Assembly: GCA_964523895.1 (NCBI GenBank)
Contig: CAZGBJ010000002.1
Coordinates: forward strand, 86,898-150,897
Length of the DNA stretch: 64,000 nucleotides
Direction of reading: 5' to 3'
From: an uncultured Enterobacteriaceae bacterium
GTDB lineage: Bacteria > Pseudomonadota > Gammaproteobacteria > Eutrophobiales > Eutrophobiaceae
Shown: positions 31,110 through 41,200 of the stretch, piece by piece
How the letters are laid out: every line of letters starts with the position of its first letter
How positions within the stretch are numbered: the first letter of the stretch is position 1
Notes under the pieces: model-generated
The model's input: the letters and a program-made list of their open reading frames with translations, nothing else
The model's database searches: none
What the model was told of the DNA's origin: nothing
Position numbers and translations under genes: made by a program

Positions 31110-34100
31110 ATGAAACGGATAAATAAAGCTATTTTCTGTGGATTAATTTTAGGTTTAGCTTGTGGTCAAACTGCTTATGCGAATCCGACAGGTGCAACTT
31201 ATGATCCAAGTCAGGTCAGTATGGCTACACCTACTCCAAATACATTAGAGATTACTAATACCAATGGTGCGATTATTAATTGGCAACAGTTTTCTATTCA
31301 ACAAAATGAAATTACTCGCTTCATTCAGTCAGGTGCGAATAGCGCTGTATTAAATCGTGTGACTGGTGGCAACCCCTCCTCTATTCTCGGGCAACTACTT
31401 TCTAATGGCCGTGTCTTTTTGATCAATCCGAATGGCATCGTCTTTGGTCCGAACTCAGTGATTGATACTGCAGGATTGATTGCCTCAACCCTGGACATGA
31501 CCGATGAAGATTTTATCAATCAAAATCTTAAGTTTCAGGGAGACAATGCAGCCGATATAAGTAACAAGGGTTATATAAAAGCCGGTGCTAATGGTGATGT
31601 CTTTTTAATTGCGCCGAATATAGAAAACAGCGGCATCATCGAAACTAACGGTGGTGAAATTATTTTAGCGGCAGGTGAGAGCGTCACCATTGCCAGTTTG
31701 GATTCTGATCACATTGTATTTGATGTACAAGCACCGGAAAACGAAGTGGTTAATCTCGGTGAGATGATCACAAATGGTGGTGCAGCCAAGATGTTTGCCG
31801 GCACCATTAAACACAATGGTTCCATTAATGCGAACAGTATCAGTGTTGATGCAAACGGCAACGTACAACTTTTTGCTAAGGCCGACATTGAAATCACCAA
31901 CGACGCAACGATTACTGCAAATGGGTCAAGCGGTGGCGAAATAAAAATAAAAAGCGACACGGGTACCGTTTGGAGCGCAGGTACGATTGAAGCCAAAGCC
32001 GAGGGTAAAGGAGGTAGTGTCCAATTACTCGGTGAGCGAGTTGCCTTACTAGATGATGCCAGTATTGATGTATCCGGTGAAACTGGTGGTGGTGAAGTAT
32101 TAATTGGTGGTGATTATCAAGGCAAAAATGACGAAGTTAAAAATGCCAAGCAAACCTATGTTGGTGAAGATACAACAATAACAGCGGATGCGATTACAAG
32201 TGGTGATGGTGGTAAAGTTATCGTTTGGGCAGATGAAACTGCACAAATACACGGCGATATCTCAGCCAAAGGTGGAAGTGAATCAGGTAATGGCGGTTTT
32301 GTTGAAACCTCAGCAAAAGAAAATCTTCAGATAACTAAAACACCTGATGTAACTGCACCAAATGGTCAGGGTGGTGAATGGCTTATCGATCCGAATAATA
32401 TTGATATTGTGGCAGGTGGTGGTAACACAAATATCAATGCCGTTGATCCTTTTGTATCAACAGCGGATGGTGCACAACTTGGTGTTGATCTCATTGAGGC
32501 AGCATTGAGTGGTGGTGTCAGTGTCAGTGTCACCACCGCTGCAGGTGGTGCTGAGCTTGGTAATATAAACCTGAATACTATATTAGAACTGGATGATACG
32601 GGTGGTCCAGCAACCAACACACTAACCCTGAGTGCCCACAACGATATTAATATTAATAGTGCCATTGTTGATACCACACCAGGTGGGCAAACACTTAATC
32701 TCACATTAATCGCAGATAGCGATTCATCAATTGGTGGTGTTATTAATATCAACGCTGATATCGATACTAATGGTGGATTGATTGATGCACAAAGCGCGGG
32801 TGCGGGTGTAATTTCGTTTAATGCGGCCTCATCCACAATTAATAGTAATCTTAATGCAACAACATTAAACATAGACGGTACAGACAACGTCAGTTTTAAT
32901 GGCACCACCAGTACCAATACACTTTCTCTCACGGGCAGCGGGACATTAAATGGCACGGGTAACGTGATAGTAACGGGAGATGGAACATCGGCAACGGATT
33001 TCACATGGAGCGGTTCCAGTACGGTATCGGGTGTTGCATCCAGTGGCGTTTTTCTCACTACGGGGTCTAGTGTTGATACCAACACAACCACGGGAGTGAC
33101 AACCAGTCTGGATACCAGCACTAATAATTTGATTCTTGACGGAAGCAGCTGGACCAATAATGGCACTCTCACATGGTCCCTGATCTCTGGCGACAGTAGT
33201 TGGCGCGTGATCAATGCTTCGACGGTTAACAACGCTGGGGTTTTCAATATCACTACGGGTTCAGGTGCGAATGTCAGTCAAACCGGGGGAACGGTGGGAA
33301 CAATTAACAACTCGGGTATCCTTAATTACAGTTCCAGCGGATCCACCACCGACCGATTGGATATTCATAGCAATTTTAACAATACGGGAACGTTAAATGT
33401 GAATGCGGGTTTTTTACAGATTGGTTCATCCGACTCTTCAGCTAGCGGAATCAGTTCTGGAAGCTTTGTTGTGGCCAGCGGAGCTATATTGGAGTTCCAG
33501 AACGATGTGCAAACAATATCTGGAACCTTCAGTGGAACAGGTTCCGTACGAATAGCATCTGGCACCCTAAACCTTAATGCAGATAACACCATCGCTGATT
33601 TGACCATGAGTGGAGGAACGTTACAGGGAACCGGGGATGTAACGGTAACAACCGCGATGTCGTGGAGTGGTGGGACGTTTGGCGGCACGGGAACGCTGAC
33701 CACGAACTCTGGCGTTACAACAACGATGGACGGAACTGCCGCTACCACTTTGGATCGTGACTGGACGAACAACGGCACGATCGATTGGACGACTACTTCG
33801 AGTCAAGATTTTACCATCAACAACACGTTGACCAATACCTCTACCGGCAACTTCAATTTGCAGAATACGGCTTCTGCCGCAGACATTGTCGGGAGCGGAA
33901 CTATAGATAATGCCGGTACGGTGACGGTGAATTTTACGGGTGGCGCCGATACTGATATTTTTCCGACCTTCAACAACACAGGCACGGTGACGGTCACTCA
34001 GGGCAATCTGGGAATCTTTGGAACAGGAACGGACACGGGAAGCTATACCGTAGCCAGCGGCGAAATCCTGACGTTTTCAAATTTCGTGACACGTGACCTG

Positions 34101-36866
34101 CAGGCGGGTTCGAGCATCACCGGCGCAGGGACGGTGTCCCTTGGCACGGGCACCCGCACCTTTGCCGGTACCTATAATATAACGGGGGTAACAAATCTCA
34201 ATAATGGCTCGAATAACTTTAATACGACAGCTTCAACAAATACGTTGATTCACACTGCTGGTATTTTAGGTGGCAGCGGCAGTTTAACGGTTAACAACAC
34301 CTGGACACCGACATCGGGTGTGACGATAGATGGTAATCTGATAACGCCGAATACACCAGTCAGCTTTGGTACATTTACTATTAAAGGATCAGGTGCAATT
34401 ACTTTGGGTGGTTCATTAACATTGAATAGTGGCACAACTGATATTGATCCAACATTGAATGTCACTGGTTTAACCACGATGAATAGCGGATCAACTTTAG
34501 ACGGTACCAACACCTTATTTGCGAATGGTGGATTCAATGTTGCTGGATTTGGCGGTACATTAACCTGGGTTATCAATCGAGCTGTACAAATAGCTGGAGG
34601 CACCTGGAATCCAAGTGCTGCAGGCAACCCAGCAACTAAACTGTTATCCGGTACAGGGTCAATTACTAATACGGGGACCTTAAATGCAACGGCAGGTTCC
34701 GGTTTTTCAACGTTTAATAATCGTTTACGCGTAGCAGTACCGTTTACAAATAACGGTATTGTTAATAAAAACACCAGTACTGATCGCGTTGACTTTGAGA
34801 ATACATTTAATAATAACGGTACTATCAATACTAATGATTCTGCAAAAGAACTTCTATTGAGTGGTGGTGGTACGCATACTGGTACATTTAGTGGTAGTGG
34901 TTTTCTCGATCTCGCTGGCGGTCATACCTTTAATACAGGTACAGTTTTTAATGGTTCGGGCAATGTTGAATTCTCTGGTGGTACCAATACGTTTAATGCG
35001 GGTACTTACAATATTACTGGTCAGACTCTTCTAACCGGCGGTACAACAACATTCGATGCTTCATTGAATTCGTCCTCATTATCTATTGGAAGTGGTACAT
35101 TGGATGGCACAGGTAACTTCAACATATCAGGATCAACCATATTAAATAATGCTGGGACTATTGGCGGCACAGGTATCTTGTTTGCGAATGGTGGGTTTAA
35201 TGTTTCTGGTTTTGGTGGTGGTTTAACCTGGTTCGTCAATCGCGATGTGCAAATGGCGGGGGGTAGTTGGAATCCTTCACATTCCGGTAACCCGGCAACG
35301 AAGCTCTTGTCTGGTTCCGGGTCAATCACGAATACGGGTACCTTGAATGTAACAGCGGGGTCGGGATTTTCAACCTTTAATAACCGTTTACGCGTTGCAG
35401 TAGCGTTTACCAATAATGGTATTGTGAACAAAAATACCAGTAATGATCAGGTTGATTTTGAAAGTACATTTAACAATAACGGTACGGTTAATGCCAATGA
35501 TGCTGCCAAGCCATTGCGCCTTACAGGTGGCGGCACACATACTGGCACGTTCAACAATACTGCAGCGCTCGTATTTGATGGTGGCATACATAATCTTGAT
35601 GACGGTGCGTTACTAACGGGTGGCGGAACCTATTTTTATACGGCTGGAAATTTAAATGCGATTGGTACGGGTGCTGGAGCAACACTTGATACCGGAGCGA
35701 CGTTAACTGTTAACGGTGGTCGTACCTTGGGTGGTGCCGGGAAACTTTCAAATAACGGTACACTTGTTTTTAATAGCGGTAGTCTGAGTGCCGATTTAAT
35801 TAATAACAATATGGTTCAATTTACTGGCGGTACTAATAATATCAATTCAGGTTCTGATGTCAGTGGAGGAGGTGATATCGCATTTACCGGTGGGACGACT
35901 ACTTTTGCTGCAGGTTCAACTTACACCATCAGTGGCGATACTGGTATCAATGGTGGTGATGCGGTTTTTAATATTAATGCTATTACTAATTCCTTAACTC
36001 ATGCAGCCGGGTCGTTTGGAGGTGGTAGTAGTGGCGATATCACAACATCAACCTGGATGCCAACCAGTGGTGTCACACTGAATGATATTGACCTGATACT
36101 TGCTGCAAATGGCACAAACACACTTACGGGTATTACTGTTAACTCTGCGGGTACGGCTACGGTCACTAATCAGGGTTCGTTAACCGTAAACGGTAGTACC
36201 ATTGCTTCGAACTTTACTAATACCGGTACATTTAATGTTAGCGGATCTTTAAATAATCTATCAGGTACCGCGACACAGTCTGCTGGTAGTTTTATATTAG
36301 GTGCGGGGTCAGATATCACAACTGCAAACTTGAACGTGGTTGGTGGAACATTAACAGGTACAGGTACACTTAATGGTAGTGTTAATAACTCGGGCGGCAC
36401 ACTCGCTGCGGGTAGTTCGCCAGGTACGTTAATTATTGGTGGTAATTATATTCAAGGTGCCGGTGGAACCTTCCTTGCTGAACTCGCTGGTACAGCTGTC
36501 GCTGGAACGGATTACGATTTATTATCTGTCGGCGGCACAGCTTCATTAGCAGGAACCTTAGATATTCAGTTGTTTGGTGGATTTAACGGTAATGTCGGCG
36601 ATCAATTCGACATCATTCAATCTACAGGCGCAGTAAGTGGTGACTTTACGACTGTGACTGTGCCTACTACACATACGTTTACCAATACACCACTTGCTAA
36701 TTCTTATCAGATTGAGATAGCAACAGTTTCATCTGGCACTACAACTGTTAATGCTACGGATGATATTGTTGTACTGGATGATTTTCAGGATCAACTGACG
36801 GTGATCTTTGTTGATCCAGATTCAAATGAAGAAGACGAAGAGAAAAAAGATCTCGCGTGTCGATAG
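31110..36866 (+). CDS. Large TPS-domain exoprotein (TpsA; filamentous-haemagglutinin-like beta-helical adhesin/exoprotein)
   Basis: Signal peptide, TPS domain with LINPNGIVFGPNSVIDTAGLIAST, then about 1700 aa of G/T/S/N-rich beta-helix repeats. It is the cognate TpsB cargo. Confidence 0.85.
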   Translation: MKRINKAIFCGLILGLACGQTAYANPTGATYDPSQVSMATPTPNTLEITNTNGAIINWQQFSIQQNEITRFIQSGANSAVLNRVTGGNPSSILGQLLSNGRVFLINPNGIVFGPNSVIDTAGLIASTLDMTDEDFINQNLKFQGDNAADISNKGYIKAGANGDVFLIAPNIENSGIIETNGGEIILAAGESVTIASLDSDHIVFDVQAPENEVVNLGEMITNGGAAKMFAGTIKHNGSINANSISVDANGNVQLFAKADIEITNDATITANGSSGGEIKIKSDTGTVWSAGTIEAKAEGKGGSVQLLGERVALLDDASIDVSGETGGGEVLIGGDYQGKNDEVKNAKQTYVGEDTTITADAITSGDGGKVIVWADETAQIHGDISAKGGSESGNGGFVETSAKENLQITKTPDVTAPNGQGGEWLIDPNNIDIVAGGGNTNINAVDPFVSTADGAQLGVDLIEAALSGGVSVSVTTAAGGAELGNINLNTILELDDTGGPATNTLTLSAHNDININSAIVDTTPGGQTLNLTLIADSDSSIGGVININADIDTNGGLIDAQSAGAGVISFNAASSTINSNLNATTLNIDGTDNVSFNGTTSTNTLSLTGSGTLNGTGNVIVTGDGTSATDFTWSGSSTVSGVASSGVFLTTGSSVDTNTTTGVTTSLDTSTNNLILDGSSWTNNGTLTWSLISGDSSWRVINASTVNNAGVFNITTGSGANVSQTGGTVGTINNSGILNYSSSGSTTDRLDIHSNFNNTGTLNVNAGFLQIGSSDSSASGISSGSFVVASGAILEFQNDVQTISGTFSGTGSVRIASGTLNLNADNTIADLTMSGGTLQGTGDVTVTTAMSWSGGTFGGTGTLTTNSGVTTTMDGTAATTLDRDWTNNGTIDWTTTSSQDFTINNTLTNTSTGNFNLQNTASAADIVGSGTIDNAGTVTVNFTGGADTDIFPTFNNTGTVTVTQGNLGIFGTGTDTGSYTVASGEILTFSNFVTRDLQAGSSITGAGTVSLGTGTRTFAGTYNITGVTNLNNGSNNFNTTASTNTLIHTAGILGGSGSLTVNNTWTPTSGVTIDGNLITPNTPVSFGTFTIKGSGAITLGGSLTLNSGTTDIDPTLNVTGLTTMNSGSTLDGTNTLFANGGFNVAGFGGTLTWVINRAVQIAGGTWNPSAAGNPATKLLSGTGSITNTGTLNATAGSGFSTFNNRLRVAVPFTNNGIVNKNTSTDRVDFENTFNNNGTINTNDSAKELLLSGGGTHTGTFSGSGFLDLAGGHTFNTGTVFNGSGNVEFSGGTNTFNAGTYNITGQTLLTGGTTTFDASLNSSSLSIGSGTLDGTGNFNISGSTILNNAGTIGGTGILFANGGFNVSGFGGGLTWFVNRDVQMAGGSWNPSHSGNPATKLLSGSGSITNTGTLNVTAGSGFSTFNNRLRVAVAFTNNGIVNKNTSNDQVDFESTFNNNGTVNANDAAKPLRLTGGGTHTGTFNNTAALVFDGGIHNLDDGALLTGGGTYFYTAGNLNAIGTGAGATLDTGATLTVNGGRTLGGAGKLSNNGTLVFNSGSLSADLINNNMVQFTGGTNNINSGSDVSGGGDIAFTGGTTTFAAGSTYTISGDTGINGGDAVFNINAITNSLTHAAGSFGGGSSGDITTSTWMPTSGVTLNDIDLILAANGTNTLTGITVNSAGTATVTNQGSLTVNGSTIASNFTNTGTFNVSGSLNNLSGTATQSAGSFILGAGSDITTANLNVVGGTLTGTGTLNGSVNNSGGTLAAGSSPGTLIIGGNYIQGAGGTFLAELAGTAVAGTDYDLLSVGGTASLAGTLDIQLFGGFNGNVGDQFDIIQSTGAVSGDFTTVTVPTTHTFTNTPLANSYQIEIATVSSGTTTVNATDDIVVLDDFQDQLTVIFVDPDSNEEDEEKKDLACR
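34500..35555 (+). repeat. Internal tandem duplication within tpsA: two copies of about 390 nt, 665 nt apart
   Basis: Copy 1 is 34500-34890 and copy 2 is 35165-35555. They encode about 90% identical 125-aa segments (FANGGFNV.GFGG.LTW.VNR.VQ.AGG.WNPS..GNPATKLLSG.GSITNTGTLN.TAGSGFSTFNNRLRVAV.FTNNGIVNKNTS), but the DNA has diverged mostly at synonymous positions. Confidence 0.7.
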
Positions 36867-36869
36867 TTA

Positions 36870-37310
36870 TTAACAATTTTCTTTTATGTATTTTTCGCGT
36901 TTATCTTCTTCGGCTTTGCGTTCTTTATCGGTATAAATTTTAGGGTTATTAGGATCGTCCGTTTCCTCGAATAAATGAGTAGAGTCTTTCATTTTTTTTA
37001 ATTTCTTTTTCATGTCAGAGCACTCTTTTTCTTGTTTCTCTTTTTTCTCCTTCTCTTCATTTTGTGACGTAATTTTTTCGTCTCGTTCTTCCTGTATTAC
37101 ATTAAGTAATTTTTGCTGTCTTTCATAGCGCTCCTGATAATACTTATCTTGCTTAGGTGGGTTTTTAATTTTTATTTTATCGGCATCGTTCGTTGTCGGC
37201 TTATCGCCATAGATTACCTTTCCATTTTCGTCGATCCATTTATAAACTTCAGAATAGGCAGTACTTACTTGGAGAAGCAGTAAGGTAATAAATAATAGTG
37301 TTTTATACAT
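36870..37310 (-). CDS. DUF4124-domain secreted protein with a Lys/Glu-rich tail
   Basis: Signal peptide followed by EVYKWIDENGKVIYGDKP, the DUF4124 signature. Confidence 0.7.
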   Translation of the reverse strand: MYKTLLFITLLLLQVSTAYSEVYKWIDENGKVIYGDKPTTNDADKIKIKNPPKQDKYYQERYERQQKLLNVIQEERDEKITSQNEEKEKKEKQEKECSDMKKKLKKMKDSTHLFEETDDPNNPKIYTDKERKAEEDKREKYIKENC

Positions 37311-37338
37311 AGTTCCTTTCTAGGCATAAATAATTGAA

Positions 37339-38760
37339 TCAGGCTACTTTTTTTACGATATCCTTTTTTGTTAGAGTAGACTCTATCGCTGTCTTGAGTT
37401 CGGTGCAAACTAATTTAAATGATTGTAGTTCGCTAGTTGCTAATTTCTTGTTAGATTCTCCATGGTCGACGTAAAAACACCCGGTTACTCTATTGTTTAT
37501 GTAAAATGAATTTACAATGATAGTTGCTGATGATTTCATTGGTCGTAATGCACTGGGAAGCATTTCTATGAATTTATGCTGGTTTTTTGAATTAATACAG
37601 AGTGTTTGTTCTTTTTTTAATAATTGACGAAAAAGTTTATTTAATTCAATCGAGATCTTTAATTGTTTAAGATTTGGAAGATTATTATCCAGTGATTGAA
37701 ATTTTACATTCAGGCATTTTTCATTTGTATCAAACGACATAAAGAGTACACGCGAGAATCCTATACCTTCTTTCATGGCTTTTATCGAAATTTCTATAAG
37801 TTCGCGTGCTGATTTAGCTGGATTATTCGAACGGAGTAATTTCATGCAATCTGGAAAAATTGTATTTTCGGGCGCTTCAATTTCTTTCGGCTCCTTTTTA
37901 ATGGATGACGGATAGCTCATCATCATCAGTAATAGAGGTTGATAAGGCAGATACTGTTGACTATGTCGAATGGTATTAATAATAACCCGATTTATTTCTC
38001 CCGCTGTCTGGTTTGCCGGAATACGAATATATTCTGCGATACGGTCGATCAACTCTTCAGGGTAGTGAATTGATGAATGAGTAACTATTTGATGCATCAG
38101 TTCTGTTGTAAGTAGTATCCCGGTTATTTTGGGATTATGGTGTTTGCCGGAATAGCTTTCACAAATTAATTCAGGTAGTTTCCAGTTTTTAGCCAGGGAC
38201 TCTGATATTTCATCCAGACTGTTACCAAGCAATTCTTTTTCCTTACTTATATAATTTTCACTCTCTGAAAAATATAATTCTTCCACTTGTCTGGCCTTTT
38301 CAGAATCAACCAGATACAACATGAAGCTTAAAAAGCTATGATTTAAACCTGCGGTAAAGAGTTCATTGTTTTCAGATTCCTTTCTCAAAATAGACCACTG
38401 TTTCGCCATGCAGGCAATTTGATGTTGATAAGCATAGATGTGCAGTATTTTTGTTACGATTTTCTTATCCAGCACTTTTTCTAACTGTGGTAAGTCCGTC
38501 AGCATCTTAGTCACAATGGGTATACTTATGAGAGAGATCGCATGAGAGAGAGTGGTGATTTCTTTTTTACTGGCACGGCCGGCATGGCGTAATAGTGACA
38601 TCGAAAAACCCGGGTCTTGCATAGCAATATCAGTCAAGACATTAAACGTAATGTCTTGTTCGTTTTCTTGTAGTTCATAAAGTCTGTGTTTGCTCTGATA
38701 CAAAACAGGTATTTCGCAATCGCTGAAGGCTTTTATCCAATGTGACAATGTATTAGCCAT
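37339..38760 (-). CDS. HDOD-domain signalling protein
   Basis: 473 aa with an N-terminal HDOD-like region. No catalytic GGDEF, EAL or HD-GYP motifs were seen. Confidence 0.65.
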   Translation of the reverse strand: MANTLSHWIKAFSDCEIPVLYQSKHRLYELQENEQDITFNVLTDIAMQDPGFSMSLLRHAGRASKKEITTLSHAISLISIPIVTKMLTDLPQLEKVLDKKIVTKILHIYAYQHQIACMAKQWSILRKESENNELFTAGLNHSFLSFMLYLVDSEKARQVEELYFSESENYISKEKELLGNSLDEISESLAKNWKLPELICESYSGKHHNPKITGILLTTELMHQIVTHSSIHYPEELIDRIAEYIRIPANQTAGEINRVIINTIRHSQQYLPYQPLLLMMMSYPSSIKKEPKEIEAPENTIFPDCMKLLRSNNPAKSARELIEISIKAMKEGIGFSRVLFMSFDTNEKCLNVKFQSLDNNLPNLKQLKISIELNKLFRQLLKKEQTLCINSKNQHKFIEMLPSALRPMKSSATIIVNSFYINNRVTGCFYVDHGESNKKLATSELQSFKLVCTELKTAIESTLTKKDIVKKVA

Positions 38761-38925
38761 ATCAATTTCACTTTGTTAGTCAGGAATAACCAGAGACTAG
38801 CGAGATTGTGTTTCAGTCCAGCATGCGCCTCTGTCTTAAAGGTTATCGGGAGAAAATGGGTAAATCTTGAGTAACTTGGTAGAAAATAAGAGGGCAGAAG
38901 GAATCTGCCCCCTGGAATAATCGTG

Positions 38926-39249
38926 TTAGCGTTCGAGGTGCTCTAGTTTACCGCTCTTGTCTTTCCACTCATCTGCATCTTCAGGCGCCGGTTTCATTTC
39001 GTTAATAACCGGCCAATCCCTTGATAATTCAGCATTTAATTCGATGAAGCTCTGATTATCTTCAGGCACATCTTCATCCGCCATAATGGCTTCAACCGGA
39101 CATTCAGGCTCGCATAGCGTGCAATCTATACATTCGTCCGGGTCAATGACCAACATATTTGGGCCTTCGTGGAAGCAATCGACCGGGCAAACTTCAACGC
39201 AATCGGTGTATTTACATTTAATACAGCTTTCGGTTACAACAAATGGCAT
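38926..39249 (-). CDS. fdxA: 7Fe ferredoxin (Azotobacter-type, [3Fe-4S][4Fe-4S])
   Basis: [29 protein letters not shown]…[12 protein letters not shown] shows the characteristic cysteine spacing. Confidence 0.9.
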   Translation of the reverse strand: MPFVVTESCIKCKYTDCVEVCPVDCFHEGPNMLVIDPDECIDCTLCEPECPVEAIMADEDVPEDNQSFIELNAELSRDWPVINEMKPAPEDADEWKDKSGKLEHLER

Positions 39250-39354
39250 CGTTTTTACCTATATATTCATAATTGTAGAAAAGAACGCGATCATACTCGT
39301 TCATAGCCCGGCATAAAAGCCCTGTTTTAGAGCAATTATGTTAGGCAATCCTAA

Positions 39355-40284
39355 TCAATTATTGTTCTTAATGACCTCTAAAATTTCGTCAGCAAGCGCC
39401 TTGCCTTTTTTTAGTTCTGATACGGCAATTTTTTCTTCACTAAGCTTAGAAAGTATCTTGATTTGAAGTTGTTCTGCCGAATCATCGTCATAATAGATTA
39501 GCCAGGATTTCATGTCGTTCTTGTCATTTTCAATTTTATTGATACCGCTAATTTCTTTTAGTATTTCGGATAAATTCACATCACTGGCTTTTTCCAGTCC
39601 GAGGCTAAAACATTGGCTAGTTCGGGTTAGTTCAGACAGGCTGCTATGGGTAACTAATTTACCTTTGTTCATAATGACAATGTCACTGCAGATATCTTCG
39701 ATTTCGGCTAAATTATGCGAGCTGATAACAACACTGTATTCACTACCTAATTGCCTTAATAAATTTCGTACTTCTGTTGCTGCAACTGGATCAAGACCGG
39801 ATGTCGGCTCATCCATCAATATTATTTCAGGATTACCAATCAAGGATTGCGCCAGCATCACGCGTTTACGTTGACCAAAGCTTAATGTTTCAGGGAATTG
39901 CTTGGCAAAGGCCATTCCGTTGACTTGTGACAAAACATTCTCCACTTCTTTAACAGAATTTTGCTTACTGATACCTTGTAGGCGAGCGTAATGTTTTAAT
40001 TGTGTGAATACATCGATACCTTTAAACATTAAGGTATCTTGAGGTAATAAAGATAATTTCCCTTTTACAGAAGAAGATTCTGGAGACTCGCCCATGACGA
40101 GAACCTTGCCTGATGTGGGCTTGATAAATCCACATAGAATAGCGAACAGTGTTGATTTCCCCGCACCATTCGGACCAACAATTCCGGTAGGTTGCGTTAT
40201 ATCGAATTGCAGGTTAAATCCATCGAGCGCTTTAATTGTCTGATAGCGTTTGCTTAGTGCTTCACATTCAATATGTACACTCAT
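39355..40284 (-). CDS. ABC transporter ATP-binding protein (ABC-2/DrrA-like)
   Basis: Walker A (GPNGAGKST), signature (LSFGQRKR) and Walker B (ILMDEP) motifs. 309 aa with a C-terminal accessory domain. Confidence 0.85.
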   Translation of the reverse strand: MSVHIECEALSKRYQTIKALDGFNLQFDITQPTGIVGPNGAGKSTLFAILCGFIKPTSGKVLVMGESPESSSVKGKLSLLPQDTLMFKGIDVFTQLKHYARLQGISKQNSVKEVENVLSQVNGMAFAKQFPETLSFGQRKRVMLAQSLIGNPEIILMDEPTSGLDPVAATEVRNLLRQLGSEYSVVISSHNLAEIEDICSDIVIMNKGKLVTHSSLSELTRTSQCFSLGLEKASDVNLSEILKEISGINKIENDKNDMKSWLIYYDDDSAEQLQIKILSKLSEEKIAVSELKKGKALADEILEVIKNNN

Positions 40285-41094
40285 TTACATATCCCTACGA
40301 TTGAATATGAAAAAACCTAAACTAAAATAGAATATTGAGTAAGCAATAAGGGCTGTAAATGAAGTAATAATATTTTCCATATTGATGTTTAAAAGCATGG
40401 ACTTGAATTCACTCGGGATTAAGTAGCTTGCGTATTCAATATCATTTTTTAACCAAAAGCTGAGAGCAATAAGAAAAACATACAGCATCATTCCCAGAGA
40501 TAAACATCCAAATGCAGAACGTGCAAATGCGGATACCATCGACATAAAAGCAATAAATGGCAGGCTGTATAAAAATATAATAGTAAAAGATTGCAGACCA
40601 TAAGTTATTACAAGTTCAATTGCTTCTTCTTCATTTATCAATGCCAGAATCGAAGCCCATAGGGAGGTAAGAAAGAGACACAATACAATCAGAAGGGTAA
40701 CGGAGATAAATCGAGATAAATATAATTCCATTCGTGTTGCACGGGTCAAAATAAATCGAAATGCGCCTCGCGATGCGTCACTGGAAGATTGATTGTTTGC
40801 TGCCAGCAAAATAAAAAAAGGAGCGGTTGTTAATGATAGAAACAGATAAATAGACAAACTGGCGGAACGGTCAACTAACATTTGTATAACCAGATCTTGA
40901 TCTTGTAATAACCATGACGCAAAAAATATACTTTCTGCACCTGATAAATTTTCAATAGGTATTTCATTTAAGCGATCAAAAATAAATAACCAGAAAAAAA
41001 AGTAGGGGATAATAAAGGCCAGGCTTTTTAGACTAGCCAATGATTGTTGAAAATCAAAGAGAGTAAGTTCTTTTAGTCGATATAGATTTAGCAT
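40285..41094 (-). CDS. ABC-2 type permease
   Basis: 269-aa, 6-TM protein adjacent to and translationally coupled with the ATPase. Confidence 0.65.
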   Translation of the reverse strand: MLNLYRLKELTLFDFQQSLASLKSLAFIIPYFFFWLFIFDRLNEIPIENLSGAESIFFASWLLQDQDLVIQMLVDRSASLSIYLFLSLTTAPFFILLAANNQSSSDASRGAFRFILTRATRMELYLSRFISVTLLIVLCLFLTSLWASILALINEEEAIELVITYGLQSFTIIFLYSLPFIAFMSMVSAFARSAFGCLSLGMMLYVFLIALSFWLKNDIEYASYLIPSEFKSMLLNINMENIITSFTALIAYSIFYFSLGFFIFNRRDM

Positions 41095-41200
41095 ATTAAA
41101 TAAGAAGTCAGTAGTCAGAAGTCAGTTGCAGGTGAAATTGGTTTAACCTGATGAACCTCTTTTCTGAATACTGTCTTCTGGATTCTATTATTCTTTGGCA

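Noticed and set aside
31325-36400. Many minus-strand ORFs inside tpsA (e.g. 32366-33253, 33365-33778, 34250-34828, 35021-35431)
   Set aside because: Antisense artefacts of the GC-skewed Gly/Thr/Asn repeat codons. Translations are Pro/Val/Leu-rich and low-complexity with no start context. The plus-strand frame encodes a continuous TPS exoprotein.
31074-36866. Contact-dependent inhibition (CdiB/CdiA/CdiI) interpretation of the TPS locus
   Set aside because: There is no VENN-like pre-toxin motif, no polymorphic C-terminal toxin domain, and no small immunity gene downstream. The gene after tpsA is convergent. Treated as a generic TpsA adhesin/exoprotein instead.
41095-41200. Short tandem repeat agtcag/aagtcagt between mutS and the ABC permease gene
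   Set aside because: Only two to three imperfect copies over about 26 bp. Too short to call a functional repeat, and probably incidental.
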